A DNA stretch of 63,926 nucleotides, filler included, from Chrysochromulina tobinii (lineage: Eukaryota), in assembly GCA_001275005.1 (NCBI GenBank). It is 6 parts of 6 records of this genome, joined end to end, with 100 filler letters (N's around TTAATTAATTAA, not from the genome) between each part and the next. Parts side by side here need not be neighbours in the genome. Positions count along the whole stretch, not along the records: positions 1 to 30,895 come from JWZX01000899.1; 5 more parts are not named here. One strand, written 5' to 3'. A program made the translations under genes and the position numbers. Positions 1-11,658 of this stretch are shown piece after piece. Numbering within the stretch: position 1 is the stretch's first letter; each line of letters begins with the position of its first letter. The notes beneath the pieces were generated by a model. That model was not told the DNA's origin. It was given only the letters and a program-made list of their open reading frames with translations, and made no database searches.

Positions 1-611
1 GGCCGAGGCAGCGGCGGCGGCGGCAGGTCGAGGAGGGACAGAAGTGCGAACGTGCTGGGTGCGTGGTTGTAAGGGGAGGGGAGGTGTCCGTGTGGGCAAA
101 AGGGGCAAGCCGCGCGGATGCCGAGTCTGATCGCAGCCGCGCGGCGCCGCCACGCGCCGCAATAGAATATGGGAGGGCGCCTTCATGCCATTCCCCAAGT
201 GCACCCAGCCATGGGCCTCACGCCTCAGCCAAGTCAAGCGACTTGACTGTTGGCGGCCAGCCCGGCTGAGCCCGCCCCCTGCCAAGGACCCACGCGCCGC
301 TCGGCCGCCCGCCGCCATCACGGCGCACTCCGCGGCGGGTCTGTTCGGTGGCCGCGGCGCGCTCAGGCCCCACGCGTTATGACGGCGGGGCTATCGATGA
401 GGTCATCGGGGAGGCGTGGCGGGCCAACGCACGAGAGCCAAATTAGGCAAGTGCCCCCGCCTGACAGATAAGATCAAGTTGGGCGGGCGGCGTGGCGGTG
501 CACGGGTGGCGTGCGAGGGGGGCGGCGGGAAGGCACGGCCGGCGCCTTCCGTGGGGGGGGGGGATGGCAAGGTGTAGAGGGGAGTGTGTGGAGGGAGTGT
601 GCGCGTGCCTA

Positions 612-3600
612 TTATGGGACGAGGGCCAGGGCGACAGGGCGACGGGCGGCGTGTGCCCCCACCTGCTTGTTCTGTTCTGACGAAACTTGGTCGGGCATGT
701 TGCCCAGCTCGAGGAGGATGGCGGTCAGCGGGTTCTCCGAGGAGGAGACGACTTCCGAGTGGTGCCGGTAGAGGACAGAGTGGACCAGGTAGAGCGAGTT
801 GAGCTCAAAGGCGCGCGTGGGCGTGCGAGACTCCGTCGACTCCATGTACACGGTGATGCGCCGTTGCTCATCGAGCTCGGGCACGTCGGCTAGGTTTGAG
901 TAGAACTGCTTCATGAGCTCGGTGGAGACCTTGATTTTGGCAGAGAGTTCCAACATCCAAGGCTCGGCGTTGTCGTCAAAGTGGCGCAGGCAGCCAACCG
1001 CCTTGAGTGACGTGGCAATCCGGAGCAGATTGCGCTTCATCGCAGCCGTTGGGCGCGATGAAGCGGAGCACAACTCGAATGCTTCGGGCTGGATGATCGC
1101 AGGGCATAGGTACGTGGTGAAGACGAAGTTGGCCACGCCAGCCATCCTTTGCTCGTCCGTCGCTTTGGGGAAACGATCCTGCGTCATCTCGTACACCCTT
1201 TTGGCGAGCACGCGGATGCCGTACGGCAGCTGGTTGCGGCACGCGATCACGCGCGTCAGGAAGAGCTCGACAATCTCGACGAGCGTCTTCACCCGTGGCT
1301 GAATGATCTCGCGCACTTCGCGGAACTGCCAGGCCTCCTTGGAACTGAGCTTCTCTGGCAGATCTTCGCCGATCTTATGGCGGAGTACCTGGGCGCATGC
1401 CTGGTACACGCGCGCCGGGTCGATCTCGAGGTCGAGAGATTTGCGCGAGAGCACCGCCGCGAGCGGCTTGAAGAGCATGTCCTTGAGCGCCTCGATGTTG
1501 GGGCCGCGGCGCGTGTACGCGGCCATGAGCTTCGTCACGTAGTTGACGGAGGCAAGAATCTGTCGCGGCTCCTGCACGGAGGCCATGTCTTCGTTCGTCG
1601 CGTGGATGATGAGCGAGAGGATGTAGTACTCGTCTCGCGCCTTGTAGTGGTTCGAGTAGATGCGGTCGCAGATGATCGCCACGAGGCGGTTGGTCTCGTC
1701 ATTCTCGCTCTTGCCAAGCGCGGCCTCCGATTCCTCCACCTTCTTGAGCATCACGGACAGGTTAGCCGGCTCCAGGTACAGCACTGAGATCATCCGCTCG
1801 TAGAGCCCCTTGGGGAACCCGGAGGACTTGATGCCGGGCATGAGCTCGCGGTGCTGGTACGCGTTGTACCGGCACAGTGTCTCGTGCACCGTCTTGTGGT
1901 TCGCAAGGACGAGCTGCACCTTATTCTCGATCTCGAGGCACGCCGCCTCTGCCGCTTCGTTGATGACCACCGCCTCATCGAGCTTTGCCTTGAGCTGCTC
2001 GATCTGCTTCTGCTCGTTCTCGATCACTTCGGCGACATTGTAAGTCTGCGACTTGACCAGCTGCTGAAGCACGTCGAGGGAAGGCCGGATGGCACGCCCG
2101 GCCATCGCCACCGCCATCACTGTCGAGATCGTCGTCGAGTCGGCTTGCTCTCCGCTCGAGGGTTCCCCACTGCCAGTCGCGAGCGCTCCGGAGCCACCGC
2201 CTGAGTCGACCACCTGGGCCGCGCGCACCGCGACAGTCTGCGAGTCGTCGAGGATCTTTTGTGCCGTGGCCGCGTCGATGTCGGTCCCATGCAGTCGTCG
2301 AATCATCTCGGGGGTCAGGAGACGGGAAGGCTCATCGTCTCGTGACACGCTGGTCAGAGATGAGGAGCTCAGCTCAACAACCTCGAGGGGCAGGTCCTGC
2401 TCATCGATCCTGCCCGTGCCGAGGCGCGAGTTGGCGCCGTTGCCCCAGGTGAACACCTGAGGAGGGAGGCAATCAACAAGAACTCAGAGATGCGATTGCA
2501 TAGGCACTCACTCAGAGAGGCAAGCAGCAGAGATGCATCGCAAGGGTGCACTCAGAGAGGCACTCAGCACTCACCTTCGCCATGCCAGCCTCTTCCGAGG
2601 CGCCAAGAGCGACGGCTCCGGAATGGTTGGCGCCACACGCGACATGGATCACCTTTTGCCCTTCGAGATCATGGATGGGGGTGGGGGTGAGTCGAGGATC
2701 CAGCCCGCCGACGCCGAGCTGGCCGTAGTGCCCCGCTCCCCACGCATACACGCGCATCCGATCCTTGGTCGCTGCGAGGGAGTGCGCCTCGCCCGCCGCG
2801 ATCGCGCCGATCTCGATGCCCTGCAGGTGCTGGATCGCCTTGGGCGCGTTACGGTTCTCGAGGTCACCATGACCAAGCTGACCCCGCTCGCCGATGCCCC
2901 AAGTGTACAGGTCACCCGTCTGCGTGAGCGCCATCGTGTGGAAGGAGCCGCAACAGATCTCCTTGACCATCTTGCGCCGGAGGAGACGGATCTCTGTCGG
3001 CACGAGCCGATTCTGATCGTCGGAAAGTCCGAGCTTACCCTTGAATCCTGAGCCCCACGCGAGGACCTCGTAGCCAGCACACAGCGCCACCGAGTGGGCA
3101 TAGGCGCATGCAACCATGACGACCTTCTTGGCGTCGAGCGGCACCAGGCGCGGCGTGGTCTCATCCTCCGGCTCGCCGAGCCCGAGCTTGCCAAATGAGC
3201 CGCTGCCCCAGGTATACAGCCGACCGTCCGACGTGACGGCAGCCGAATGCTCTTCGCCCGCAGCCGCGTGAATGATTTGGCAGTGCCCCTTGAGAGTAGC
3301 GATGATGCGCGGCTCCTCGATCTTGCTCTGGTCGCCATGGCCGAGCCGGCCGAGCGTGCCATCGCCCCACGAGTAGATGGTGCCGTCGGAGGTCACTGCG
3401 AGTACGTGCCGTACCCCCGCAGCGAGCTGGATGACCGGCTTACGATGGCCTCCGAGAGAGAGGACGCGCATGGGCCTAGAGACCTCACGCTCGTCGAGAC
3501 GCGACAGGTCGTGGCCCGTGGCGCCGTAACGGCCATCGCCCCAAGTGTACACGTCACCTTGGTCCGACAGGGCCACCGAGTAGAAGCCGCCGAAACACAG

Positions 3601-4916
3601 GTAACGGATGTACTTGGGCGTGAGCGCCTTCTTATACGCCGCGTCCGCCGCGTCACCGCTGCTGCCGAAATTGCCCGAGTCATCGCGGTCGCTCATCACC
3701 TTCTCGAGATTCTTGATGTGGGCGGGTACGGTGCGTGACTTGCTCGGGTCGTTTTGGGCTCCCAGCCCGAGTCGGCCGTTGCCATTGTACCCAAATGTGA
3801 AGAGGTCGCCGTTCTTCGTGAGCGCGATCGTGTGGAAGGTGCCGCACTCGACCTGCACGAACATAAAGGCGCCCGCGGCTACATTCTTGACCGGACGCGG
3901 AGTGAGCGAGTTCATCAGATCTTGCTGTCCGAGCTTGCCGTAGGTGCCCCCCCCCACGTGTAGAGTGTGTGGCCGCTCACATCCGGCTGCGCGCATGCGG
4001 CCGAGTGGAAAGTGCCTCCCGCGCACCAGATCAGCTGCGCGTTGCGAAAGTATTCGAGGTGCCGGGGCAACAGCTGCGGCGTCGTGTCGCCGTGGCCGAG
4101 CTTGCCGTAGTCGCCCACCCCCCACGTGTAGCACTGCGCCTTCTCGGCGGTGATCGCCATTGAGTGTGACTCCCCCGCGGCGATCATCAGGCACGCTTGG
4201 TCCTTCAGATCGTTCACCAGCTTCGGCCGGAACATGCCTCGCGTGTCCCCACTGCCCAGCCGGCCGCCGCCGCCGTATCCCCACGTATACACACTCCCCG
4301 CGGCTGTGAGAGCGATCGTGTGCTTGCTGCCGCACGCGACGGAGATGCAGGCCTTGCCTAGCAGAGCCTCGACGATCTTGGGCGAGTACACGTTCGCGTT
4401 GTCGCCGTGGCCCAGGTTGCCGTAGCTACCCGCGCCCCATGTAAGCACCTCGCCACCCTCGGAGATGGCGGCCGAGTGGTCGGAACCGCAAGCGACGCGC
4501 GCGATGCGCTTGCGCTTGAACTCGACGGCCTTCGGGATGCGCACGTTCTGCTCGTCGCCGTGGCCGAGTTTGCCGAACGCGCCTGAGCCCCACGAGTACA
4601 CGTGCCCCTGCTGCGTCACCGCGAGCGAGTGAGACGAGCCGGCAGCCATCGTCACGATGCTGTCACCCTCCTTCTCAAGCGCGAGCAGCCGCTTGGGGTA
4701 GTGCTCATCCTGCGGCTCGCCGAGCATGGCCTCGGTCTTGCCGTTCCGCCGCTCCTTCTCCTTGATGAAGTCTGTGCCCAGCTGGAAGTTGCGGGCCATG
4801 CCGAAGGCCACGAGATGGCCATTCTCGAGCACGGCAAGCGAGTGGCCGAGGCCAGCGTCGATGAATTTCTTCTTCGTCTTGGTGTCACGCGTGCGCGTGG
4901 CCTGCTGCTGCAGCAT
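612..4916 (-). CDS. 14 RCC1 repeats (two 7-blade propellers) + coiled coil + IQGAP/Gap1-type RasGAP-related domain. One intron (2457-2574), one frameshift at a G9 run (3947-3955); 3' end uncertain
   Basis: ORFs 3915-4970, 2512-4335 and 612-2456 join. There are 14 (T/S/A)(W/F)GxGxxGxLG-type repeats. The GRD shows KLMAAYTRRGP, LPYGIRVLAK, YLCPAIIQPEAF and KRNLLRIA. First ATG at 4916. A probable donor CAG|GTGGGG at 662 suggests further 3' exon(s). Confidence 0.85.
2457..2574 (-). other. 118-nt GT-AG intron built of degenerate CTCTGAGTGC-like units, ending TGATTGCCTCCCTCCTCAG
   Basis: AAG|GTGAGT ... CTCAG|GTGTTCACCTGG. Removing it restores the last RCC1 repeat (AK-VFTWGNGANSRLG). Confidence 0.85.
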
Positions 4917-5051
4917 CGCGCTTGGCAAAAAAGACGAAAAAGCCGATTCCGCAGTCCCGTTTAGGGTCACGCGCCGTGTCGGGATATCTACACTCCAGTT
5001 ACCGTGTACAATTCACACCGCGTCGACAGCACAGCTCGTGTGTTGCGAAGG

Positions 5052-5669
5052 ATGCCAAAGATGGCGATGGTTTGGCGCGAGCAAGGTCGCTCGTCGTACT
5101 GGCGCAGCTTCATGTGCGGAGTGTCCGTGACCATCCTGCTGATGACCGTGATCATCTTTGGAACCTTGATGCTTTCGCCCGAGCGTGTCGAGCGCCTCTT
5201 CACGGACAGGCACTCGACAGTGGTGACCCCGGTGAACGTCGTCGGGGCTCGTGGGCAATCGCCGCCGCCGCCGCCTCACTTGCCGTCCAATGCCCCCGTG
5301 GTCCAGGCGGCCGCAACCGCGCTGCCACCGCCCGCCTCGGCCAGAAAGCAGCCGACGGATGCGGCGGAAGGTGCCCGCTACCTCGATGAGTTGTACCGTT
5401 GGCGCGCCAACATGCGCGAGCGGCGTAACGAGCGCAGGCAGCGCCAGCAGGTCGTGATGAACATGGTCATCGACGACCCGATGGCGCTCATGCGCGACAT
5501 GCTGGGCGACGTAGGCGGCGTCATGGGAGGCGCCGTGGGCGAGATGCTGAACGACGTGCAGAATGACCTGCGCCGCGACCAGAGCTTTGGCGCGGCCAAT
5601 GGTGGGGACCTCTTCTTCAGCCCCGGCGCGACCAATGGTGAGCCCTATGTGATCACCGTTGTGGCGTAA
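5052..5669 (+). CDS. Hypothetical single-pass membrane protein
   Basis: ORF 5004-5669 with first ATG at 5052; hydrophobic stretch FMCGVSVTILLMTVIIFGTLML; divergent from the RCC1 gene across about 135 bp. Confidence 0.6.
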   Translation: MPKMAMVWREQGRSSYWRSFMCGVSVTILLMTVIIFGTLMLSPERVERLFTDRHSTVVTPVNVVGARGQSPPPPPHLPSNAPVVQAAATALPPPASARKQPTDAAEGARYLDELYRWRANMRERRNERRQRQQVVMNMVIDDPMALMRDMLGDVGGVMGGAVGEMLNDVQNDLRRDQSFGAANGGDLFFSPGATNGEPYVITVVA

Positions 5670-6348
5670 CACGGCACGCGCGTCCCCCCCCTAAGCGAGC
5701 ACGGTAGGAGTAGTGACGTGAGAGAGTAGAGTCAAGGGCACTCGTTAAAACGCCGGGTCGATAGCCCTAGAAGCGAGTACGGTACCAGCAGGAGTAGTGA
5801 CGCAGGTGTCTTTAAATGGTCGAAGTTGACGCGCGTCACTCAAGTTCCAGGCCAAGCACAACCAGAGGCGATACTGCCTGTGTGGCCAATTGTGTGGCTT
5901 CACCGACGTTTGTCCATGATCGACGACTACCTATCTTCGAGGACTCACACGGGGCGACGGTGGCGGCGGCATGATCTCGGTGAAGGCCTGGACGGAGCGA
6001 ACTAAAGTAGAGTAAAGGGTACATTAAACGCGGGTCAATAGACAAATAGTAGCGTCCGTCCTGGTGCGAGTACGTCCAGCATGAAGCATGCCTTAGTATC
6101 CCTTAAGCTTAACGTAGCAGAAATCCGTTTTTCGATCAGTAATTTATATCGCTTGAAAATTATACGCCCGTTAACGCGCCTCAAGAGCCTCTAGAAGAGC
6201 CGAGCATCAGATCGCGCGAGACTCACAGCCGCGGCGAGACGGTCGGAGGTACGCGATCGGGTATGACTATGACGCTATATAACGCTAATGAGGAGATAAG
6301 TTCGGCCTACACAGCTAGTAGATGTACGGAGGCTTAAAAGCCGAACAC

Positions 6349-7887
6349 CTAGTTCACAATGAGTGGTGGCGAGAGCTCGTCCGGGGACCTCAGGGGCAAC
6401 CTCACGGGCAACGTCTCCTGGGCAGAGGAAGCCCCTGGTTGACTGTCGGACTGCGCGCGGCGCTCGATGATCAAGGAAAGCTTAGACCAGTCGGAGCACG
6501 CCAAGACCCCAAAGCCGAAGAGGACGAGCACAGTCTGCGCGAGAGCTGTGGCGCCCATGACGGCGCACATCTTGGCAAGGAGCGAATGGGTAGCCAAGTC
6601 TGTGAAGGCCATCACGAATGCGAACGGCACGGCTAGCAGATAGAAGGCGACCAGATTTGCACCCAGTCTCACGTAGCCAAGGCCGATCGGGTTGAACAAG
6701 CTGAACGCGTTGTTGTAGCTCATGCGCGTCTGCTGGTGCAGCGTGAGGACCCAGAGGAGCTTCCCAAACCAGCGCTGGACCTCGGGGTCATTCGAGATCA
6801 CGGCCGAAATACTCTCCGTGCACACGAGCAGTGGCAGATTCGAGACGCACACGAGCAGTGCTGAGAGGGTGCACATGAACGCGTACGCCCATGGTGCGCC
6901 GCGATCCTGTGCGCCAAGAAGTTTCAGCGCCCGCATCGACGTGGCCTGCGCCCAGCCCATTTGACAGGCAGAGCACAGCTGAGCGAACTGAACCCACACC
7001 GCACCGGCCGCGATGGCCTTGGACGGGAGGCCTGCGATGTGCGCGAGAGCAAGGATCTGTAACTCGAAGACGAACTCCGAACTGAGGGTGGAGAGCACTG
7101 CCGGCACGGAAAGGTTGACAAAGATCCGGGCCTCGGTGAGCGTAAACAGGCGCTCCCTGTTGCGCGGGAACACGAACATGACGCGCCCCAGCTGGAACCA
7201 ACACGCCAGCAGCGCCCAAACGACGAGCCGCGAGGCCTTGATACAAATTTGGACGAGCGCGGCACCGCGCATGCCCAGCTCCCACCTGTAGATGAACAGG
7301 TAGGTCACCACGACGTCCACGCCCATCCCCGTCACAAGCGAGTTGAAGGCTGCTGCCCGGGAATAGCCCAAGTTCATGAACAGTTGCTCTACTTGGCACT
7401 CCATCAAGAGCATCACCGCGGTGACGGACATCAGCCGACAATAAGTGGAGATGCCCGGTAGGAGTCGATCTTCGACCCCGACTGAGCCCATGATCTCGCC
7501 AGCAAACCAGCAGCAAATTAGAGACGGGATCAGAGCAAACGTCGAGAATAGCACAGACCTCCAGAAGTAGGCGGGGATCCTGTCCATGCGTCCCGCGCCG
7601 ATGCAGCCCGGGATGACCGACAAGATGTACGCATTCAGGCCCCATATGACCATATTGCAAGAGCAGGACCAAAATACTCGCGCAAATCCCAGACTCGCTT
7701 GAAGGTCAGCGCTCTGAGGCACATGCCCTGCCATCACGATGCTGAACATAGGCGGCACTCCCCACTCCAGAACGGCTGCAAAGCCAAGAGGTAACCCGTG
7801 CCGGAAGAAGTACCACAGCTCATATCGCCAGTGGTATGAAGCTTCTCGTGTACGAGCTTTGTGCTCGTCGTTCAGAGGCTCGAGCAT
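6349..7887 (-). CDS. MATE-family (multidrug and toxic compound extrusion) transporter
   Basis: About 510 aa with ~12 hydrophobic segments and MATE-like motifs (YLFIYRWELGMRGAAL, LSVPAVLSTLSSEFVFE, GANLVAFYLLAVP). Confidence 0.85.
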   Translation of the reverse strand: MLEPLNDEHKARTREASYHWRYELWYFFRHGLPLGFAAVLEWGVPPMFSIVMAGHVPQSADLQASLGFARVFWSCSCNMVIWGLNAYILSVIPGCIGAGRMDRIPAYFWRSVLFSTFALIPSLICCWFAGEIMGSVGVEDRLLPGISTYCRLMSVTAVMLLMECQVEQLFMNLGYSRAAAFNSLVTGMGVDVVVTYLFIYRWELGMRGAALVQICIKASRLVVWALLACWFQLGRVMFVFPRNRERLFTLTEARIFVNLSVPAVLSTLSSEFVFELQILALAHIAGLPSKAIAAGAVWVQFAQLCSACQMGWAQATSMRALKLLGAQDRGAPWAYAFMCTLSALLVCVSNLPLLVCTESISAVISNDPEVQRWFGKLLWVLTLHQQTRMSYNNAFSLFNPIGLGYVRLGANLVAFYLLAVPFAFVMAFTDLATHSLLAKMCAVMGATALAQTVLVLFGFGVLACSDWSKLSLIIERRAQSDSQPGASSAQETLPVRLPLRSPDELSPPLIVN

Positions 7888-8338
7888 TTGCACGGCGGCA
7901 CACCCACGCACGCGCACGCGCGTGTGATGTGTGCACGTAGCGGAAAGAGGGAATTTTCAGAATCACGTCCACATCGTTCACACGAGACTACTCACACTGA
8001 ACGTAAGGACAACCCTGACGCGACGACCACCGCGTCGATGCGCGTGCGGTCGGAGCGCACGGCGTTGGACTGAAGAGGTCGAGTGCCTGCTTGAATCCGT
8101 AAAACCCTACCGGTCACTACCGTACGTTACTGAAACGACATCGGGCCGTGCGTAACCCTACACTCACTAGTGCCGCGTTCGGACGAAGAGTCACACTTGG
8201 GTGTCCGTCGATATACTTGTAACCACACACTTGACCCTCTCGGGGGAAAATCCCTATCCACACCGTGCGATTCCTCTGTTTCCCTCGGCCCACAAGTCGC
8301 GGAACAGCAAAGTCCACACTCTGCCGCAGACTAAGTGG

Positions 8339-9748
8339 ATGGTCTTCATCCTGGACGATCCACAGCAATCTCTGCCGCATTATCCACAGCAAAGTCCAGA
8401 TCAAGTCCTCGACGCGCTCGAGCAGACCTCCAAAGAGCTGGGCCGAAGCGGCTCGACGGACTCAAAGCCGAAGCCGCCAAAGCCCGGTCGCGGTGATATT
8501 GCTCCGCCGCCGCAGCAGCAGCGAGACTCGCGCCTCCCCAAGCGCGATAGCACGAAGATGCATATGGACAAGTCCATGTTCAAGTCGTTCGACACGAATG
8601 GCGATGGCTACGTAAGCATGGAAGAGCTCGATCAGAACATAAAGCTCATTGGCCAACGCCGGCTGCTACCGGAGCCTCACGGGCCGTGGGCCAGGCGCCC
8701 ATGGCTTCAAGGCACGCCGTCAAAGTGTTCAAATGAGAAGCTGGCCAACTGGCTGTGCCCCGCGAGTGCACGGCTCTCGCCACGCGCCCTCTGCGATGCC
8801 CGCATCAAGTGGCGCGAGGCCCAGGTGCGCAGCTGGGTTATGACCCACTGCCCCGCTATGGTCATATCAGCCAAAGCGAAGAAGAACATACCGCCGGAAC
8901 GCCTAGAAGTGTTGCGCCGGGCTTTTGACCTCATGGATGCAGACGGGTCCGGTCGGATTGATTTCAAGGAGATGGCCGCCTCGATGCGAGCGCTGGGCTT
9001 CAACGATTCCGAGATTCGACAGACGATCAAGTCAGGCGACGTTGACGGTGATGGCGAGCTGGACTTCAATGAGTACCTCAGGCTCATAGACATCAGCGCG
9101 CGCTCCTCCACATCATCGAACCCTGAACGCGACTCGTTTCCGTTTGCGTTAGTCGCCGAGTCGATCCGCATCTCGCGCCTCGTCGATAGCTACTCTCCAG
9201 CAATTCGAGAGGCGCTTCCGCCCTTTCCCCAGCCCGTGCGGCCACCCGTCATTGGCCGAGCAAAATCAAGCAAAATCGATCTCGACGAAGGGCCCAACGC
9301 CCCGCCGATCCAGCAACAGATCGCGGCGGCGCTTCGCCAGAACGCGGCGAGGGTGCTCGACCTTTTCCGCCAGTGGGATGCCGATGGCGACGGCGAGGTG
9401 AGCAAGAAGGAGTTTCGCAAGGCTATGCCTGCCATCGGTCTCGATGTGTCCGTCCAGGAGGTGGATGCCCTCTTTGACAGCTGGGACCAGGACGGAGGTG
9501 GCGTACTCAACTTCAAGGAGCTAAGCAAGGTCCTGAGGAGCCCACCGCCGCCGCCCGCCATCGCAGCCGTTGCGATCGCGGCAGCAGCGACCACGAGACC
9601 GACACGAGGACTCGGCGTGACCACGCCACGTCTCGGTGTGACCGTAGCGGAGCCTGCGAGTCCTCGGTCGCCGCCGGCGACCTCGCATGGGCGCCGCCCG
9701 CGTCGACAGGGTGGGGGCCATCCAGCTCGCATATTATCATCGCGTTGA
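8339..9748 (+). CDS. Multi-EF-hand (centrin/calmodulin-like) Ca2+-binding protein
   Basis: Five EF loops: DTNGDGYVSMEE, DADGSGRIDFKE, DVDGDGELDFNE, DADGDGEVSKKE, DQDGGGVLNFKE. The start could instead be the ATG at 8558. Confidence 0.8.
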   Translation: MVFILDDPQQSLPHYPQQSPDQVLDALEQTSKELGRSGSTDSKPKPPKPGRGDIAPPPQQQRDSRLPKRDSTKMHMDKSMFKSFDTNGDGYVSMEELDQNIKLIGQRRLLPEPHGPWARRPWLQGTPSKCSNEKLANWLCPASARLSPRALCDARIKWREAQVRSWVMTHCPAMVISAKAKKNIPPERLEVLRRAFDLMDADGSGRIDFKEMAASMRALGFNDSEIRQTIKSGDVDGDGELDFNEYLRLIDISARSSTSSNPERDSFPFALVAESIRISRLVDSYSPAIREALPPFPQPVRPPVIGRAKSSKIDLDEGPNAPPIQQQIAAALRQNAARVLDLFRQWDADGDGEVSKKEFRKAMPAIGLDVSVQEVDALFDSWDQDGGGVLNFKELSKVLRSPPPPPAIAAVAIAAAATTRPTRGLGVTTPRLGVTVAEPASPRSPPATSHGRRPRRQGGGHPARILSSR

Positions 9749-10696
9749 CACCCCCATACGCCGCGTATGCCGTTCGGCTTTACGGGAACAGCTGATCTCG
9801 CGGGCGTCATTGCGTGCGGCGGAGATCCACGTGCCACGCGCTGCCCGCGCGGCGGCGGCGCCCGGGCTCAGGGTTCGCGGTTGGGTGGAACGGCTTCGTA
9901 GCGAGGCGAGCAGTACAGCTGTTGTGTAGTACCGAACCGAACGGAAAGCCGATCGGTCGACTACCGTTTTAGAAATTTGAATGTCCGCGGCCGCGCGACC
10001 GCCGTGGTCGGCCGTAGGCGAAGCCCGCCGTTCGGTAGGTTTGAGCGTCGGCGAACGAAAACTGGCTCCATTCAGTTTTCACCGCGCCGGCATTGACCCG
10101 CCGTTCGTGAGGACTCGACCGGACCGGCCGCGCGGGCGGCCGCGGCGGGTCTGGCGCGCCCGCGGCTTACCGGCTTTGACAATCCGCTTTGCGGCATTTT
10201 AGCGGCATTGCGGGTTTGTCCGCGGGAGAGAACCCGGGGCGGCAAGGTTGCGGCAAGGGGGCGCATTCCTCAATGCGAACGCCGCCACGAACGTGGAACG
10301 AGCACTCGAGTCTGCACCTTTGACTCCTTTGGCCAGCCCTTGAATTACCCTTACGCCCTTAACCAATTGATTCTTTTGAATGTGCTGCTATTCTGAATGC
10401 TTGAATCGGGGGAATTACTAACGGGGTATCAGGGTCGGACCGGCCCACGCCACCGCACGCCGATCGCGCGAGCTTCGCTCATCATTGGAGGGTGGACAAG
10501 CTCGGTCGACAGGGCGGCGACACGCGGGCCCATATCTGACTCACAGAAGCGACCAAGAGACGACCGCCACGCTTCACGCATCTCTGCGAGCGCACCAAGA
10601 TTCTCTGGGGAATGACGAACAGATTCTCCGGGGATGAGTAGGCTTCGTCCTCGTGTTCGCTGCGAAGATCGGCATGGATGCGGCTCGCTACTATTC

Positions 10697-11458
10697 TCAT
10701 TTGCGCCAAGCTCGTTGCATCTGATCGGCCAGCCACGCAATCCCGGCATCGATGCCCTCACCGGTTAGCGCGTTGCTTGCCGCTGCGCACGCACAGGAGC
10801 GACGTCATGAGAACACGCGAATTGAGTGGAGAGCTTCGCTTGTGCGAGGAGCTCGAGGCTCCGCCAGCGACCGCGCGCACCGATGTGCCACGGCTTATCC
10901 GTGATCCGATCGAGCTCGAGGAGCGACACGCATTCCACGGGCTGCTTCGCCGTCGGTAGGTCCATCTTGTTGGCGAAGAAGAGCAGCGGCACTGAGCGGA
11001 GGTCCTGATGCTGCAGCATCTGCTCAAGCTCGTCCTTGGCTACGCACATGCGGAGCGCGTCGGTCGAATCGATGCAGAAAATGATGCCACCCACATCTTT
11101 ATAGTAGTGCTCCCAGAGATTTCGATACCTCCCCTGCCCCGACATGTCAAAGATTGTGAAGTAGAGGCCGCTTTTCTGGAACTCTTCGACATTGAAGCCC
11201 ACGGTGGGCACAATCTCCTGGGTCACCGCCTGAGCAAAATCCGAGCCCAGGGCACAATCGCAGTGAGCGCCGATGGCGTGAGCAGCAACTGAGCCCCGCA
11301 GGTCAGGGCCGCAACGCACGCGTGCGCACCTTCTTTGGCTTCAGGTGCGCAATGATTGTGGTCTTACCACTATTGTCAAGCCCAACGCAGACTATCCGCA
11401 CCTTTTTGCTGTTACTGCTTAGGCCGAGCGAGCTTAAGAGCATCTTGAAGAGACCCAT
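10697..11458 (-). CDS. ARL6: Arf-like GTPase ARL6/BBS3; exons 11458-11330, 11229-10881, 10782-10697
   Basis: MGLF myristoylation start, [12 protein letters not shown]6-typical [20 protein letters not shown] and ASNALTGEG. Two GTGCGC...CAG introns restore the frame. Confidence 0.9.
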
Positions 11459-11658
11459 GGCGGCGCTGGCTTGTCGGCGTTGGCGCTGCTGGTGAAAGCG
11501 AAGGTCGTCAGCGGCAGAAACTTTACCGGCAAGTCTCTGTGGAATCACAGAAGTGCCTGGTTCGTTCGTTCATCTCAGAAGCATAGAGACTACTGTGACC
11601 AATCGACAACCTGAAACAACTCCTGAAACGTCGTGTGGTCTCGACATCCCTCGTCGCC

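Noticed and set aside
3947..3955. Programmed frameshift or phase variation at the G9 run in the RCC1 gene
   Set aside because: One extra G restores TWGGGTYGKLG. A homopolymer sequencing error is the simplest explanation without reads.
5800..6330. AT-richer intergenic stretch as an ncRNA or small gene
   Set aside because: I see no recognisable snRNA, snoRNA or tRNA motif, and the short ORF lacks the local codon bias.
9960..10420. GC hairpin-rich intergenic region as a MITE
   Set aside because: I could not define terminal inverted repeats or a TSD.
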